Assembly (NCBI GenBank): GCA_002418825.1
Contig: DIEW01000015.1
Span: 157 to 64,156, forward strand
From: Syntrophaceae bacterium UBA5764
GTDB taxonomy: Bacteria; Desulfobacterota; Syntrophia; Syntrophales; Smithellaceae
DNA length: 64,000 nucleotides
Reading direction: 5' to 3'
Both the position numbers and the translations under genes were made by a program. Numbering within the stretch: position 1 is the first letter of the stretch; each line of letters opens with the position of its first letter. Below the pieces are notes generated by a model, which made no database searches, had not been told where the DNA came from, and saw only the letters and a list, made by a program, of their open reading frames with translations. Shown in pieces: positions 29,022 through 38,229 of the stretch.

Positions 29022-29034
29022 AATTTCTCCCTTT

Positions 29035-29077
29035 CGAAATAAAAAAGGCCATGACGTTTTATGCCGCCATGGCCTTT
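29035..29077 (-). terminator. intrinsic terminator / attenuator stem-loop in the aro operon leader
   Basis: On the - strand: AAAGGCCAUGGCG (29077-29065), an 8-nt loop, CGUCAUGGCCUUU (29056-29044), then UUUAUUU. The one non-Watson-Crick pair is G-U on this strand but A-C on the other. Ends about 15 nt before the aroF RBS. Confidence 0.65.
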
Positions 29078-29145
29078 AAAGAAACAGAAAAGCCATGAGC
29101 GTTTTTTTGATCCACCCATGGCTCGTTTGGTTATGCTACCTTAAA

Positions 29146-29217
29146 CTAGTCCTCCGTGCGCGATGGGCAGACCAATGCGAAATAGGTATAAAACCAGTAA
29201 CCATAAAAAATTTTCAT
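29146..29217 (-). CDS. aromatic-rich leader peptide MKIFYGYWFYTYFALVCPSRTED (23 aa), not in the ORF track
   Basis: Hand translation of the - strand from ATG (29217-29215) to TAG (29148-29146). 8 of the first 13 codons are Phe/Tyr/Trp. Lies between the candidate promoter and the terminator upstream of aroF. Weak SD. Confidence 0.6.
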   Translation of the reverse strand: MKIFYGYWFYTYFALVCPSRTED

Positions 29218-29267
29218 CGCGTTGAGTTTTCTGTCCATCGAGTTAAAAATACCCTTTGTTTGACGTC

Positions 29268-29296
29268 CATATAAACAAACGCAAAATGTTTGTCAA
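29268..29296 (-). promoter_or_regulatory. candidate sigma70 promoter of the aromatic supraoperon
   Basis: On the - strand: TTGACA (29296-29291), 17-nt spacer, TATATG (29273-29268), with an A/T-rich tract upstream. Confidence 0.4.
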
Positions 29297-29454
29297 GGGA
29301 AATTTTTTAAGAATATAGAGCTATTATTTGCCGCTTGGCTTTCTTTTTTACCGGTATTATTTATTTTTTTCGGCAGTGGATAATTTTGTCGGCTACAGTT
29401 GGTGAAGCTTCTTTGTTTCCATTGAGGAGATAAAGTTTTTATTTTGTCTAACCG

Positions 29455-30465
29455 TTATGGTTTTATCATGACTTTTATTGCCGACAGTTCATTAATCTGT
29501 GCTTGGAAAGCCTGCGCTGCCTCGTCCAGAGAAAAAACATGGCTAATCATTTCCTTGGTTCTGACCTTGCCGCTCTTGAGCAGTTCGATCGCCGCGGGAA
29601 AGTTGCCACCCAGGCAGCCGATAAGTGTGAGGTTTTTGCTCAGCACCGATATGGGATCCCAGGTAAGCGGCTCTTCGTAGACGCCGACGAGCATTATTTT
29701 CCCCCCGCCGCGCGCGAGGGTTATTGATTGGTCAAAAGTTTTCTGCTTACCCGCGCATTCGATTACAGTGTTCACACCGAGGTTGCCTGTGGCCTCCATA
29801 ATTATTTTGGCTGCGTCTTCTTTTGCCGCGTCTATTACCAAATCCGCGCCGCATGTTTTGGCGGCGGCGAGGCGCGAGGTCCTTCTGCCGCTTACGAGAA
29901 TCTTGTTCACACCCGTTGCTTTAAGTACCTGGATGCAATAAAGACCAATTACACCCAATCCTAAAACAGCGAAGATTTCGTTTTTCCTTGGCTGGGCGCG
30001 GTTGACGGAAAAATAGGAGACGGAAAGAGGTTCTACCGAAGCCCCGTCTTCATAGGAAAGTTCTTCCGGCAGGGGAAAAACATTGCGTCCCAACGCGGCA
30101 AAAGGCACATGCACATATTCCGCCATCGCGCCGGGAAGCTGATAACCCAGAAGCGCCATGTCCGAACAACGATGCGATTTACCCTCTCGGCACCAGTAAC
30201 ATTTACCGCAGGGGGAAAATCCAACCGCTGTAACGCGCATACCGGTTTTAATGCCCTGTATCCCGGAGCCGACTTCAACAATATCACCGCTGAATTCATG
30301 CCCGAAGATCGTGCCTTTGCCTTCATCTTTTTTGTAAACATGTAAATCCGAGCCACAGACGCCGCAGAGTTTCACCTTGATGATTACACCGTGCGTTTCA
30401 CAAACCGGCTTAGGCACGTTTTGCACTCTTATGTCTTTTTTCCCGCACAGCACGGCCGCTTTCAT
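29455..30465 (-). CDS. zinc-dependent alcohol/polyol dehydrogenase (MDR family)
   Basis: CGVCGSDLH, GHEFSGDIVEVG, a structural Zn Cys cluster (CGKCYWCREG), and the GLGVIGL Rossmann motif. Confidence 0.85.
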   Translation of the reverse strand: MKAAVLCGKKDIRVQNVPKPVCETHGVIIKVKLCGVCGSDLHVYKKDEGKGTIFGHEFSGDIVEVGSGIQGIKTGMRVTAVGFSPCGKCYWCREGKSHRCSDMALLGYQLPGAMAEYVHVPFAALGRNVFPLPEELSYEDGASVEPLSVSYFSVNRAQPRKNEIFAVLGLGVIGLYCIQVLKATGVNKILVSGRRTSRLAAAKTCGADLVIDAAKEDAAKIIMEATGNLGVNTVIECAGKQKTFDQSITLARGGGKIMLVGVYEEPLTWDPISVLSKNLTLIGCLGGNFPAAIELLKSGKVRTKEMISHVFSLDEAAQAFQAQINELSAIKVMIKP

Positions 30466-30494
30466 TTTTCTGCCCAGGTTTACTCCCGATATTT

Positions 30495-30731
30495 TTATTT
30501 TATTCTTCTGACCTCAACGGTCTTTTCGAGGCCTTTGATCCCCAAGTAATATTTTCCATCATGATAGCTGATTTCCGCTTCTGGATTAATGGCGAAGTGA
30601 TGCCAGAACTTGCTTTCGTTTTGGCGCCATTTCTGGCCGTCGGTAAACTCAAATATTGTGTAATTGTTTTTGAAACCCAGGAATTTACCTTTTATTGTAC
30701 CTTTAGATATAATATTTTTTTTTACTTCCAT
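30495..30731 (-). CDS. hypothetical small protein
   Basis: ORF in an AT-rich stretch with no recognisable motif. Internal ATG at 30731 preferred over the 105-aa form. Confidence 0.35.
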   Translation of the reverse strand: MEVKKNIISKGTIKGKFLGFKNNYTIFEFTDGQKWRQNESKFWHHFAINPEAEISYHDGKYYLGIKGLEKTVEVRRIK

Positions 30732-30957
30732 CAGGGTAGCCTTTATGCCAAAAAAACAAAGCACACAACGAAGTTTAATTTTTATATACCTTATATAGAT
30801 GCGATTTGTCATGCTGAATTTGTTTTGAACAAATATTATTGTTTATATATTCCAAGTAGCGCTCCAAATCTGTTCTTTTGAGGATATCCCTTACGGATTC
30901 TACAGGAAAATCAGGCATTCGAATATAGAGTTGGAATTCAATATCCTACTCAGAATA

Positions 30958-32010
30958 TCAGGATAGGGACTTTTTGCTGCGGCGCTCGGTCTCGATTTTC
31001 GAAAGAGTCTCGTCAAAGTCCAAAGGAGGGGGTTCCACTCCTGATTTGGCTACTAAAGTAATAGCCCCTTCTGGGCAAACACCAACACATAATCCGCAGC
31101 CAATACATTTTTCTTCTATAATTTCGCAACATTCATCATTTTCTGCGATTGCGTCCATTGGACATCGCTCGATGCATAAACCGCAGAACGAACACAAACC
31201 GGGATTAATTTTAGACTGGTAATACGATGTAATCATACGACTGGCTTTTGAAGAATGTTTGGCTGCTCTGAGATAAGCGCAACAACACGTACAACAGCAA
31301 CAAACAAATTCTAACTGCTGAGCGTTGGTAGGGGAGAGCACTAACCCGGCCTCTTCGGCCATGTCCAGAACCTTCAGTGCTTCTTCTGCCGTGATTATCC
31401 TTCCTATCTTGTTGTCGATATAGAATTGGGCAAGTGTTCCGAATGCAAGGCATGTTTCTTTGGGGCTATCACACCCTTTTCCCACTAGTTTTTGTTCTTT
31501 ACGGCAAATGCATTCTGTCAGAGAAATCAAATCCTGATTTTTGACTAATTCCTTTATCTTGTTATAAGGAGCAACGCTATTGAGGGCACCGATAGACGAG
31601 TCGACCGGAATGACACGAAACTGTTTGTGAGCCAACCTGAAATAAGGCAGGTATTCTTCGAACATAAGTGAAAATTCATTATCCATGCTTTTCAGCTGAA
31701 ACTCATAAATACCAATTAGAAACTGATAAGCTTTGTATTGCACTTGGTTTCCTTGGCGGGCTCTATAAATAATTCCTTTTTGCGCCATTTTTTCGAGCAA
31801 AGATGCCAGATCATCTTCTTTTCTGCCCGTACGGGCAGCGATTCGCGGGAGATCTTCCAATTCCTTGCCGAGATTCATTGTAAGTTCAGCTTCCTCGGGC
31901 GTAAAGAGCTTTTTAAGAATTTTCAGTTCGATTCCTGTGGGTGTTGCCGGAAAACCTGTCGGCAATTCATCCAGGAAAATTCTCAGCCTTTTGTAAATGT
32001 CCTGTTCCAT
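30958..32010 (-). CDS. Fe-S protein with C-terminal 2x[4Fe-4S] ferredoxin domain and an unusual Cys run
   Basis: CSFCGLCIERCP and CIGCGLCVGVCP motifs, plus upstream CICRKE..GC..C and VCCCCTCCCAYL. Confidence 0.75.
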   Translation of the reverse strand: MEQDIYKRLRIFLDELPTGFPATPTGIELKILKKLFTPEEAELTMNLGKELEDLPRIAARTGRKEDDLASLLEKMAQKGIIYRARQGNQVQYKAYQFLIGIYEFQLKSMDNEFSLMFEEYLPYFRLAHKQFRVIPVDSSIGALNSVAPYNKIKELVKNQDLISLTECICRKEQKLVGKGCDSPKETCLAFGTLAQFYIDNKIGRIITAEEALKVLDMAEEAGLVLSPTNAQQLEFVCCCCTCCCAYLRAAKHSSKASRMITSYYQSKINPGLCSFCGLCIERCPMDAIAENDECCEIIEEKCIGCGLCVGVCPEGAITLVAKSGVEPPPLDFDETLSKIETERRSKKSLS

Positions 32011-32517
32011 TTTTATTCTCCTTTTGTAATTACAAGAAATCCGCGAAAATTTTTTCTATCCTAGGTAAGGTAACAATATTTTTTTTACCATAGTAAGAAT
32101 TAATTTTTATATGGCACTACATATCACAATATGAAAAATAACACAGGCGTTTGTTTTTTGTCTTTTCTGTAAAGGACGTTTCGGGGACTTCGCCGGTTGT
32201 TGATATCAGTGTCGTTTGTAAAGTTATGATTCTTCACATGCCCGAAGGTGATAAAGAGTTAAATATGTGTTCGTGTTTCGGCTGTTTAATTTGGTGCTTG
32301 TCAAATACACTGATTATCTTGACAATTCAGTTTTCAATGTGCAAGTACTCTCATATACTGAATCCCCGATGCCGTTGTTGAAATGCTTTTTAAAACCGGA
32401 TAGGGTATTGATAATATGCTGATCGAATGGCTGGAAAACAGTGTGTACATGAGTGCCATTAGAAAAGTTTTAAGGCGAGGAAACGATTAATTCTGCGAGG
32501 ATTTTTTGATAGATAAA

Positions 32518-34260
32518 ATGGTTTCTGCAGACAGCCCTTTTGCCTTTCAGGCGCGCCCGCGAGGCCTTTATCGCTGGATACCTCTTCTTGCCGTGTTGCG
32601 TGATTATAAATCGAGTTGGCTCATACGAGATATGAGCGCCGGTTTTGTTCTTACCGCGATGCTTGTGCCTGTCGGTATGGGTTATGCGCAGGCAGCGGGA
32701 CTGCCCGCCATTTACGGGTTATATGCCACTATTATTCCGCTCATTGCTTATGCTGTTTTGGGACCTAGCCGCATACTTATTTTAGGTCCGGATTCGGCCC
32801 TGGTCGCATTGATTGCCGCGACGATTTTGCCGCTAGCTGCAGGTGATGAAAGCAGGGCGGTGGCGCTGGCGGGAATGTTGGCTGTCTTAACAGGGTTGTT
32901 ATGTGTTGCGGCGGGATTAGCCAGGTTTGGCTTTATTACCGAGCTTCTTTCCAAGCCTATAAGATATGGTTATCTCAATGGCATTGCGTTGACTGTAATA
33001 ATCGGGCAATTGCCTAAAATTTTCGGGTTTTCCGTCAGCGGCAACTCTTTTCTGCAGGAAACAAAGGGTCTCATTCTGGGCATCTCAGGGGGTCAAATAA
33101 ATTGGATATCTTTTGCAATCGGATTTTTTTGCCTGATTATTATTGTTGGATGTCAGCGGTGGTTTTCCCGAATACCGGGTATTTTGATCGCCGTTACGGC
33201 GGCGACGGCTGTTGTTGCATATTTCGACCTTTCTTCTGCAGGTGGTATTGCTGTGGTTGGTTCACTGCCGCATGGATTGCCCACTTTTCAAATGCCCGAA
33301 TTTTCATATGCCGAGTTGGGCTATTTGTTCACTGGTGCGATAGCTGTGGCGTTAGTTTCTTTTGCCGATATGAGCACTCTTTCCCGTTCTTTTGCTTTGC
33401 GCGCAGGTTATGAGGTCGACAGCAATCAGGAAATTATTGCTCTCGGTGCAGTTAATATCGCCGCCGGTTTTTTTCAGGGGTTCCCCGTAACCAGTAGCGC
33501 TTCGCGCACTCCTGTGGCGGAATCAGCCGGAGCCAAAACACAAATTACCGGTATCGTTGGCGCGATTTGCATCGCGCTTTTGCTGATCTTTGCCCCATCT
33601 CTTTTAAAAAATCTACCCCAGGCCGCACTAGGGGCCATTGTAATATTTGCGTGCAGCGGTCTTGTGGAAATTCGCAATGTTTTGCGGCTGTATAAATTGC
33701 GCCGTGATGAATTTGCTTTGTCCATTATTTGTTTTTTTGGTGTTGTATTGCTGGGCGTTATTAAAGGGATTTTTATCGCTGTAGTTCTTGCCCTGTTTGC
33801 CTTTATTTGGCGAGCTTGGCGACCATACGATGCCGTGCTGGGTCATGTCGATGGCCTGAAAAGTTATCATGATATTACGCGGTATCAGGACGCGCGGCTG
33901 ATTGACGGGCTGGTGCTTTTCCGCTGGGACGCGCCGCTGTTTTTTGCCAACGCGGAAACTTTCCGCGAACAGGTGCTGCGTGCTGTGGCGAAGGCGCCGA
34001 CGCCGACCAAATGGGTTGTGGTCACGGCGGAGCCGATTACCGATGTGGATATTACCGCCGCTGATATTTTGGAAGACCTAGATGAAAAATTGCATAAAGC
34101 CGGGATAGATTTGTTTTTTGCGGAAATGAAGGACCCGGTGAAAGATAGACTCAAGCGTTATGGTCTTTTTAACAGATTTGGAATGGATAGTTTCTTTCCG
34201 ACAATCGAACAAGCTGTGGAGCGTTATTTAACCGAGCATAAAGAAAGAAAAACCGGATGA
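32518..34260 (+). CDS. SulP-family anion (sulfate/bicarbonate) permease with C-terminal STAS domain
   Basis: About 580 aa. Polytopic core followed by a cytosolic STAS-like tail. ATG at 32518 preferred over the TTG at 32506. Confidence 0.88.
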   Translation: MVSADSPFAFQARPRGLYRWIPLLAVLRDYKSSWLIRDMSAGFVLTAMLVPVGMGYAQAAGLPAIYGLYATIIPLIAYAVLGPSRILILGPDSALVALIAATILPLAAGDESRAVALAGMLAVLTGLLCVAAGLARFGFITELLSKPIRYGYLNGIALTVIIGQLPKIFGFSVSGNSFLQETKGLILGISGGQINWISFAIGFFCLIIIVGCQRWFSRIPGILIAVTAATAVVAYFDLSSAGGIAVVGSLPHGLPTFQMPEFSYAELGYLFTGAIAVALVSFADMSTLSRSFALRAGYEVDSNQEIIALGAVNIAAGFFQGFPVTSSASRTPVAESAGAKTQITGIVGAICIALLLIFAPSLLKNLPQAALGAIVIFACSGLVEIRNVLRLYKLRRDEFALSIICFFGVVLLGVIKGIFIAVVLALFAFIWRAWRPYDAVLGHVDGLKSYHDITRYQDARLIDGLVLFRWDAPLFFANAETFREQVLRAVAKAPTPTKWVVVTAEPITDVDITAADILEDLDEKLHKAGIDLFFAEMKDPVKDRLKRYGLFNRFGMDSFFPTIEQAVERYLTEHKERKTG

Positions 34261-34289
34261 AAGTGACCGAGATATAAATTGGATTTTAT

Positions 34290-35219
34290 ATGAAAAAAGT
34301 TATTTATTATGGCATCCGCGATATCAGAGTGGAAGAAGCGCTGGAAATAAGCCCGGGTAAAGGCGAAGTAAAGATTAAAATCAAATACTGCGGCATCTGC
34401 GGCTCGGATCTGCATGAATATCTGCACGGGCCTTTTCCGGAAAGCCCTTTCGGTCATGAAGCCTGCGGCGAAATCGTTGCTTTGGGAGAAGACGTAAAAG
34501 ATTTTGTTGTCGGCGAGCGTGTGTGTTCTGTCATTCCCGGATCGTTTGCCGAATTTATAAACTGCCCTGTAGAAAGAGTACTTAAAATACCCGCCGATAT
34601 GGATTGGAAACGCGCGGCGGTAGTTGAACCGCTTTCGGGTGCGGCCTACGCGCTGGAGCGCGCGCGAATAAAAGGCGATGAAACTGTTTTGGTTGCCGGT
34701 TGCGGCACAGTTGGCCTGATGATTCTTTTGGGCCTGAAATCTATGGGTGTCAGAAATATCTATATGACTGATCTTTTGGATTACCGGCAAGACAAGGCCA
34801 GAGATCTGAGCGCGACGTTGACCTGGAATCCCTTGGAAGTAAAAACATCTACAAAGATTAAAGAATTAACAAGTGGCAAAGGAGTGGATGTGGCCATCGA
34901 AGCCGTGGGCATTGAAGCGACACTAAAGGATTGTCTTTCTTCGGTGAAGTTTGGCGGCAAAGTTATCGTACAGGGAATTTTTACCGAGCGGGCTTTAGTG
35001 CATATGCTGGGTTTTGTCACGCGGGAGACCACCATGATCGGCACCAATTCCATCAATCCGCAGCTGGCCTTGTCCTGGCTTAAATCCGGGAACATCCGCC
35101 CGGAAAGCGTTATCACCAGAATAATTCCCCTGAAAAAAATAAAGGAAGAGGGTTTTGAGGTTCTGGCAGGGAAAAGCACAGAAAATATAAAAATTCTGGT
35201 CGCGCCCTTTGGCGTGTAA
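34290..35219 (+). CDS. zinc-binding dehydrogenase (MDR family, short form)
   Basis: CGICGSDLHEY, GHEACGEIV, and the GCGTVGL Rossmann motif. Confidence 0.8.
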   Translation: MKKVIYYGIRDIRVEEALEISPGKGEVKIKIKYCGICGSDLHEYLHGPFPESPFGHEACGEIVALGEDVKDFVVGERVCSVIPGSFAEFINCPVERVLKIPADMDWKRAAVVEPLSGAAYALERARIKGDETVLVAGCGTVGLMILLGLKSMGVRNIYMTDLLDYRQDKARDLSATLTWNPLEVKTSTKIKELTSGKGVDVAIEAVGIEATLKDCLSSVKFGGKVIVQGIFTERALVHMLGFVTRETTMIGTNSINPQLALSWLKSGNIRPESVITRIIPLKKIKEEGFEVLAGKSTENIKILVAPFGV

Positions 35220-35231
35220 ACTCGTCAGGGG

Positions 35232-35849
35232 CTAGTTAATCGCGCCGCTTTTTTTCAGCAAAGCGGCAATAGCTTCGGCCATTAACCTGTAGCCTGTGGC
35301 GTTGGGATGGATAAAATCGGATTTCAGTTTGCTGTCGGCCAGCACTTCGGATAATATTTTTTCTTCCAGAGGGACAGATAATTCCCAAGCGATTTCTCCG
35401 TACATGACATGTGGTGAAACAGAGAGGTTTGGCGCGGGTACGGCGATGAGCACAACGGATACACCCTCATGGCGAGCCAGTGAAATCATTTTTTTTATGT
35501 TGTCGGCTGCTTTCCGCAAATTCAGGCGCCGGAGCTGGTCGTTGGCACCGTGGCATAAAATAAGCAACGCCGGCTTTTCCTGTTGAAGGACTTTCGGCAA
35601 ACGTGATAATCCGTCAGCCGTTACTTCTCCCGGTACTCCGGCATTGACAACTTTTCGACCGATCATTTGTCCCAAAACGGCCGGATAAGAATAAATCTGT
35701 TCCACGCCGGTGCCGAAAGTCAGACTATCGCCGAAAGCCACAATAACATCATTGGCAGCCAGCGGTGACAGTTTGGGCGGTGAGGAACAGCCAACAAAAC
35801 ACGCGCTGAGGATTATTACTAGAAATAAAATCAAATATTTTGGCTTCAT
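35232..35849 (-). CDS. SGNH/GDSL hydrolase lipoprotein (TesA/arylesterase-like)
   Basis: Lipobox LSACFVGC. Blocks FGDSLTFG, GANDQ and DFIHPN. Confidence 0.85.
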   Translation of the reverse strand: MKPKYLILFLVIILSACFVGCSSPPKLSPLAANDVIVAFGDSLTFGTGVEQIYSYPAVLGQMIGRKVVNAGVPGEVTADGLSRLPKVLQQEKPALLILCHGANDQLRRLNLRKAADNIKKMISLARHEGVSVVLIAVPAPNLSVSPHVMYGEIAWELSVPLEEKILSEVLADSKLKSDFIHPNATGYRLMAEAIAALLKKSGAIN

Positions 35850-36023
35850 TGTATTTGTGCGGGTATCTCCTGTTATTATCCTGATGCGGCGTTATCATGA
35901 TTTAGTCATTATCAGATAATTATCTGCACTTTTTGTCAATAGGGGAAGAGTGATCCGATAGAAAAGTTTATTTTTTCTATTAATTATTTTATGTTAAGCA
36001 ACATTTGATTTGTCAGTAGGGGG

Positions 36024-36812
36024 ATGAGCGTGATGGGATGGTTTGTAAATCGCCTCCGCCGGAAGATTATGCGACAACCTTTTCCTGCTGCGTGGGAAGA
36101 AATTATCCATCGTAATTTTGTTTATTATCGGCTGCTTGATGATGCTGAACAGGCGCACCTGCAAAAGCTGATGCAGGTATTCATTGCGGAAAAAAATTGG
36201 GAAGGAGCCGGTGGCCTGGAACTGACCGACGAAATTCGTGTCACAATTGCTGTTCAAGCCTGCCTGCTTATTCTCAATATGTCGCATGATTATTACCGCA
36301 ACGTGACAACAATCATCGTTTATCCATCTGAAGTCGTGCCCCCGCCGCGCAAGATTTCTTTTTTTGAAACAGCCCTGCATCCGGTGGAACCACCATACCC
36401 GATTGTTGGTCAGGCATTTCATCGGGGACCGCTTATTCTTGTCTGGGAGGCGGTATTATTCAGCGGCCGTCATCCCGGCTCAGGTTATAATGTTGTTTAT
36501 CATGAATTCGCGCATAAGCTGGATATGCTCGACGGTGCCGCCGACGGTACGCCGCCCCTGAATACGCGTTTGGAATATCGAAAATGGATAAAAACGCTTT
36601 CGCGGGAGTATCTCCTTCTGCGGAAAGATTTAGAAAAAGGCGTCGGGATATTTCTTGATGAATACGGAGCCATGGACGAAGCGGAGTTTTTCGCCGTCGC
36701 CACCGAGCAATTTTTTGCTCAGCCCGTTTTGATGTGCGAACATGCGCCGGAACTTTACCGGCTTTTCCGAGAATATTATGGCCAGGATCCTGTGGCGCGT
36801 GGAGGAAAGTGA
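36024..36812 (+). CDS. mtfA: M90-family zinc metallopeptidase (MtfA-like)
   Basis: HEFAHKLD (HExxH) and the conserved EFFAVATEQFF block. Confidence 0.75.
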   Translation: MSVMGWFVNRLRRKIMRQPFPAAWEEIIHRNFVYYRLLDDAEQAHLQKLMQVFIAEKNWEGAGGLELTDEIRVTIAVQACLLILNMSHDYYRNVTTIIVYPSEVVPPPRKISFFETALHPVEPPYPIVGQAFHRGPLILVWEAVLFSGRHPGSGYNVVYHEFAHKLDMLDGAADGTPPLNTRLEYRKWIKTLSREYLLLRKDLEKGVGIFLDEYGAMDEAEFFAVATEQFFAQPVLMCEHAPELYRLFREYYGQDPVARGGK

Positions 36813-36897
36813 CTACACTGTAAATCAGTTGACATGTTTTTTCGGGCAGTTTTTTGTGTTAATATGCACGCAACTATAGCTTGATAAAATAATATGC

Positions 36898-37352
36898 ATG
36901 GGGAAAATAAATGTGAAGAAAATATTTCGCTATGAACTAAAGGTATCCATAGAAACAATTGATGAAAACGGCCATGTGAACAGCGTGGAATATCTGCGCT
37001 GGATGCCGCAGTTATACATGCGGACATATTGGGATGTACCGAAGCGACGAAGGCTGTCGGTGCGACATGGGTGGTGCGCACGCACCGCATTAAATATTTG
37101 CGACCGGCATTTGCCGGTGAAAAAAGTGTTGTTTTGACCTGGGTTTCCAATCTGCGCCGGGTTCTTTCTTTGCGCAAGTATAAAGTTGTGCGCATGGAAG
37201 ATAAAGCGGTTTTAGCCGAAGGCGAAACGGACTGGGTTTTTGTTAATGCGGCAACAGGAAAATTACGTTCGATACCCAAGGATATTTTGTCTGTTTTTGA
37301 AGTTCTGCCCAAGGAAAATGAGGCAGAGGTAATGAAACATGCGCAGGATTGA
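36898..37352 (+). pseudogene. 4HBT/YbgC-type acyl-CoA thioesterase interrupted by a frameshift near 37000
   Basis: Two overlapping ORFs in different frames (36898-37137 and 37029-37352) together give a full hot-dog thioesterase. The junction is at CGCTGGATGCCGCAG. Confidence 0.7.
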
Positions 37353-37377
37353 ATAACCATCGATATGAAGGAATTTT

Positions 37378-37719
37378 ATGATTGCTTATCTGAAAGAACA
37401 TGAGAACTATGTAAAAAAAATGCTCGAAAAAAATCTCAGCCGAAGTGAATTGCAGTCACTTTTAACGCATCACAACAAACAGATCCAGTGGATGCAACAC
37501 GAAAGACTGGCGCACCTGATTGTTATGCTTTTCGTGTGTCTTTTTATGTTGCTTTCCCTGGGTTTTGCTGTTATGAATACGTCTATTGCTACGATAGTTC
37601 TTACTGCTTTTCTTCTTGTTTTATCGGTTGCATACATTATTCATTATTACCGGCTCGAAAACGGTGTGCAAAGATGTTACCTGTTGTCCGGTGAGATTAA
37701 GAAACGTATGGAGTTATGA
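37378..37719 (+). CDS. hypothetical membrane protein (2 TM helices)
   Basis: 113-aa ORF with two hydrophobic segments. Confidence 0.5.
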   Translation: MIAYLKEHENYVKKMLEKNLSRSELQSLLTHHNKQIQWMQHERLAHLIVMLFVCLFMLLSLGFAVMNTSIATIVLTAFLLVLSVAYIIHYYRLENGVQRCYLLSGEIKKRMEL

Positions 37720-37768
37720 ATACGGCGTGGCTACTGCCGCATTATATAATTAGATAAACAGGAGAAAA

Positions 37769-38176
37769 ATGATGGTCCAAAATAAAATAGTTGTCCGTTA
37801 CATGGACGGACAACTATTGAAAGGCGTCACGAATGATTTTTTCCCGGATAAGGAAATTTTTCATTTGTTGCCCGTGGAGACGCCTGAGGAAGGCATACCG
37901 ATAATGCTGTCGGATTCCAATTTGAAAGCAATTTTCTTTGTCAAAGGATATGAAGGCAACCCGGACTATAAGGACAAGAAAGATTTTGATTCAAAAAAAC
38001 CTTTAGTTGGACGCAAAATAAGAGTGGTTTTCAAAGACGGAGAAGTAATGGTCGGCACTACTTACGGTTACCGGCCAGGACGAGCCGGCTTTTTTGTCGT
38101 CCCCGCCGATGCGGATTCCAATATCCAGCGCTGTTATGTTCTTACCGCCGCCACGCAGGAAGTTTCCTTTATTTGA
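37769..38176 (+). CDS. hypothetical protein with an internal duplication
   Basis: 135 aa with GGAG RBS. Two similar halves (VVRYMDGQLLKG..FHLLP and RVVFKDGEVMVG..FFVVP). Confidence 0.6.
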   Translation: MMVQNKIVVRYMDGQLLKGVTNDFFPDKEIFHLLPVETPEEGIPIMLSDSNLKAIFFVKGYEGNPDYKDKKDFDSKKPLVGRKIRVVFKDGEVMVGTTYGYRPGRAGFFVVPADADSNIQRCYVLTAATQEVSFI

Positions 38177-38229
38177 TCGCTTGTTTTACTTAATAAAAAG
38201 ACCATGTTTTAAGGTAAAACAGCGCGGCG

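Noticed and set aside
29261-29280. The 13-mer TTGTTTATATGGA is shared between the aro promoter region (- strand) and the 59-nt repeat element at 17428-17440 (+ strand; 12/13 match at 12434-12446). I considered it a common regulatory motif.
   Set aside because: In the repeat copies it points toward no downstream gene on that strand, and no matching -35 sits at a proper distance. It is most likely a chance AT-rich match, and I cannot test genome-wide enrichment here.
32151-32381. 76-aa ORF in the 495-bp divergent intergenic region between the Fe-S protein and SulP genes.
   Set aside because: It is Cys/Ile/Leu-rich, has no RBS and uses a TTG start in an AT-rich promoter region. It is more likely non-coding regulatory DNA.
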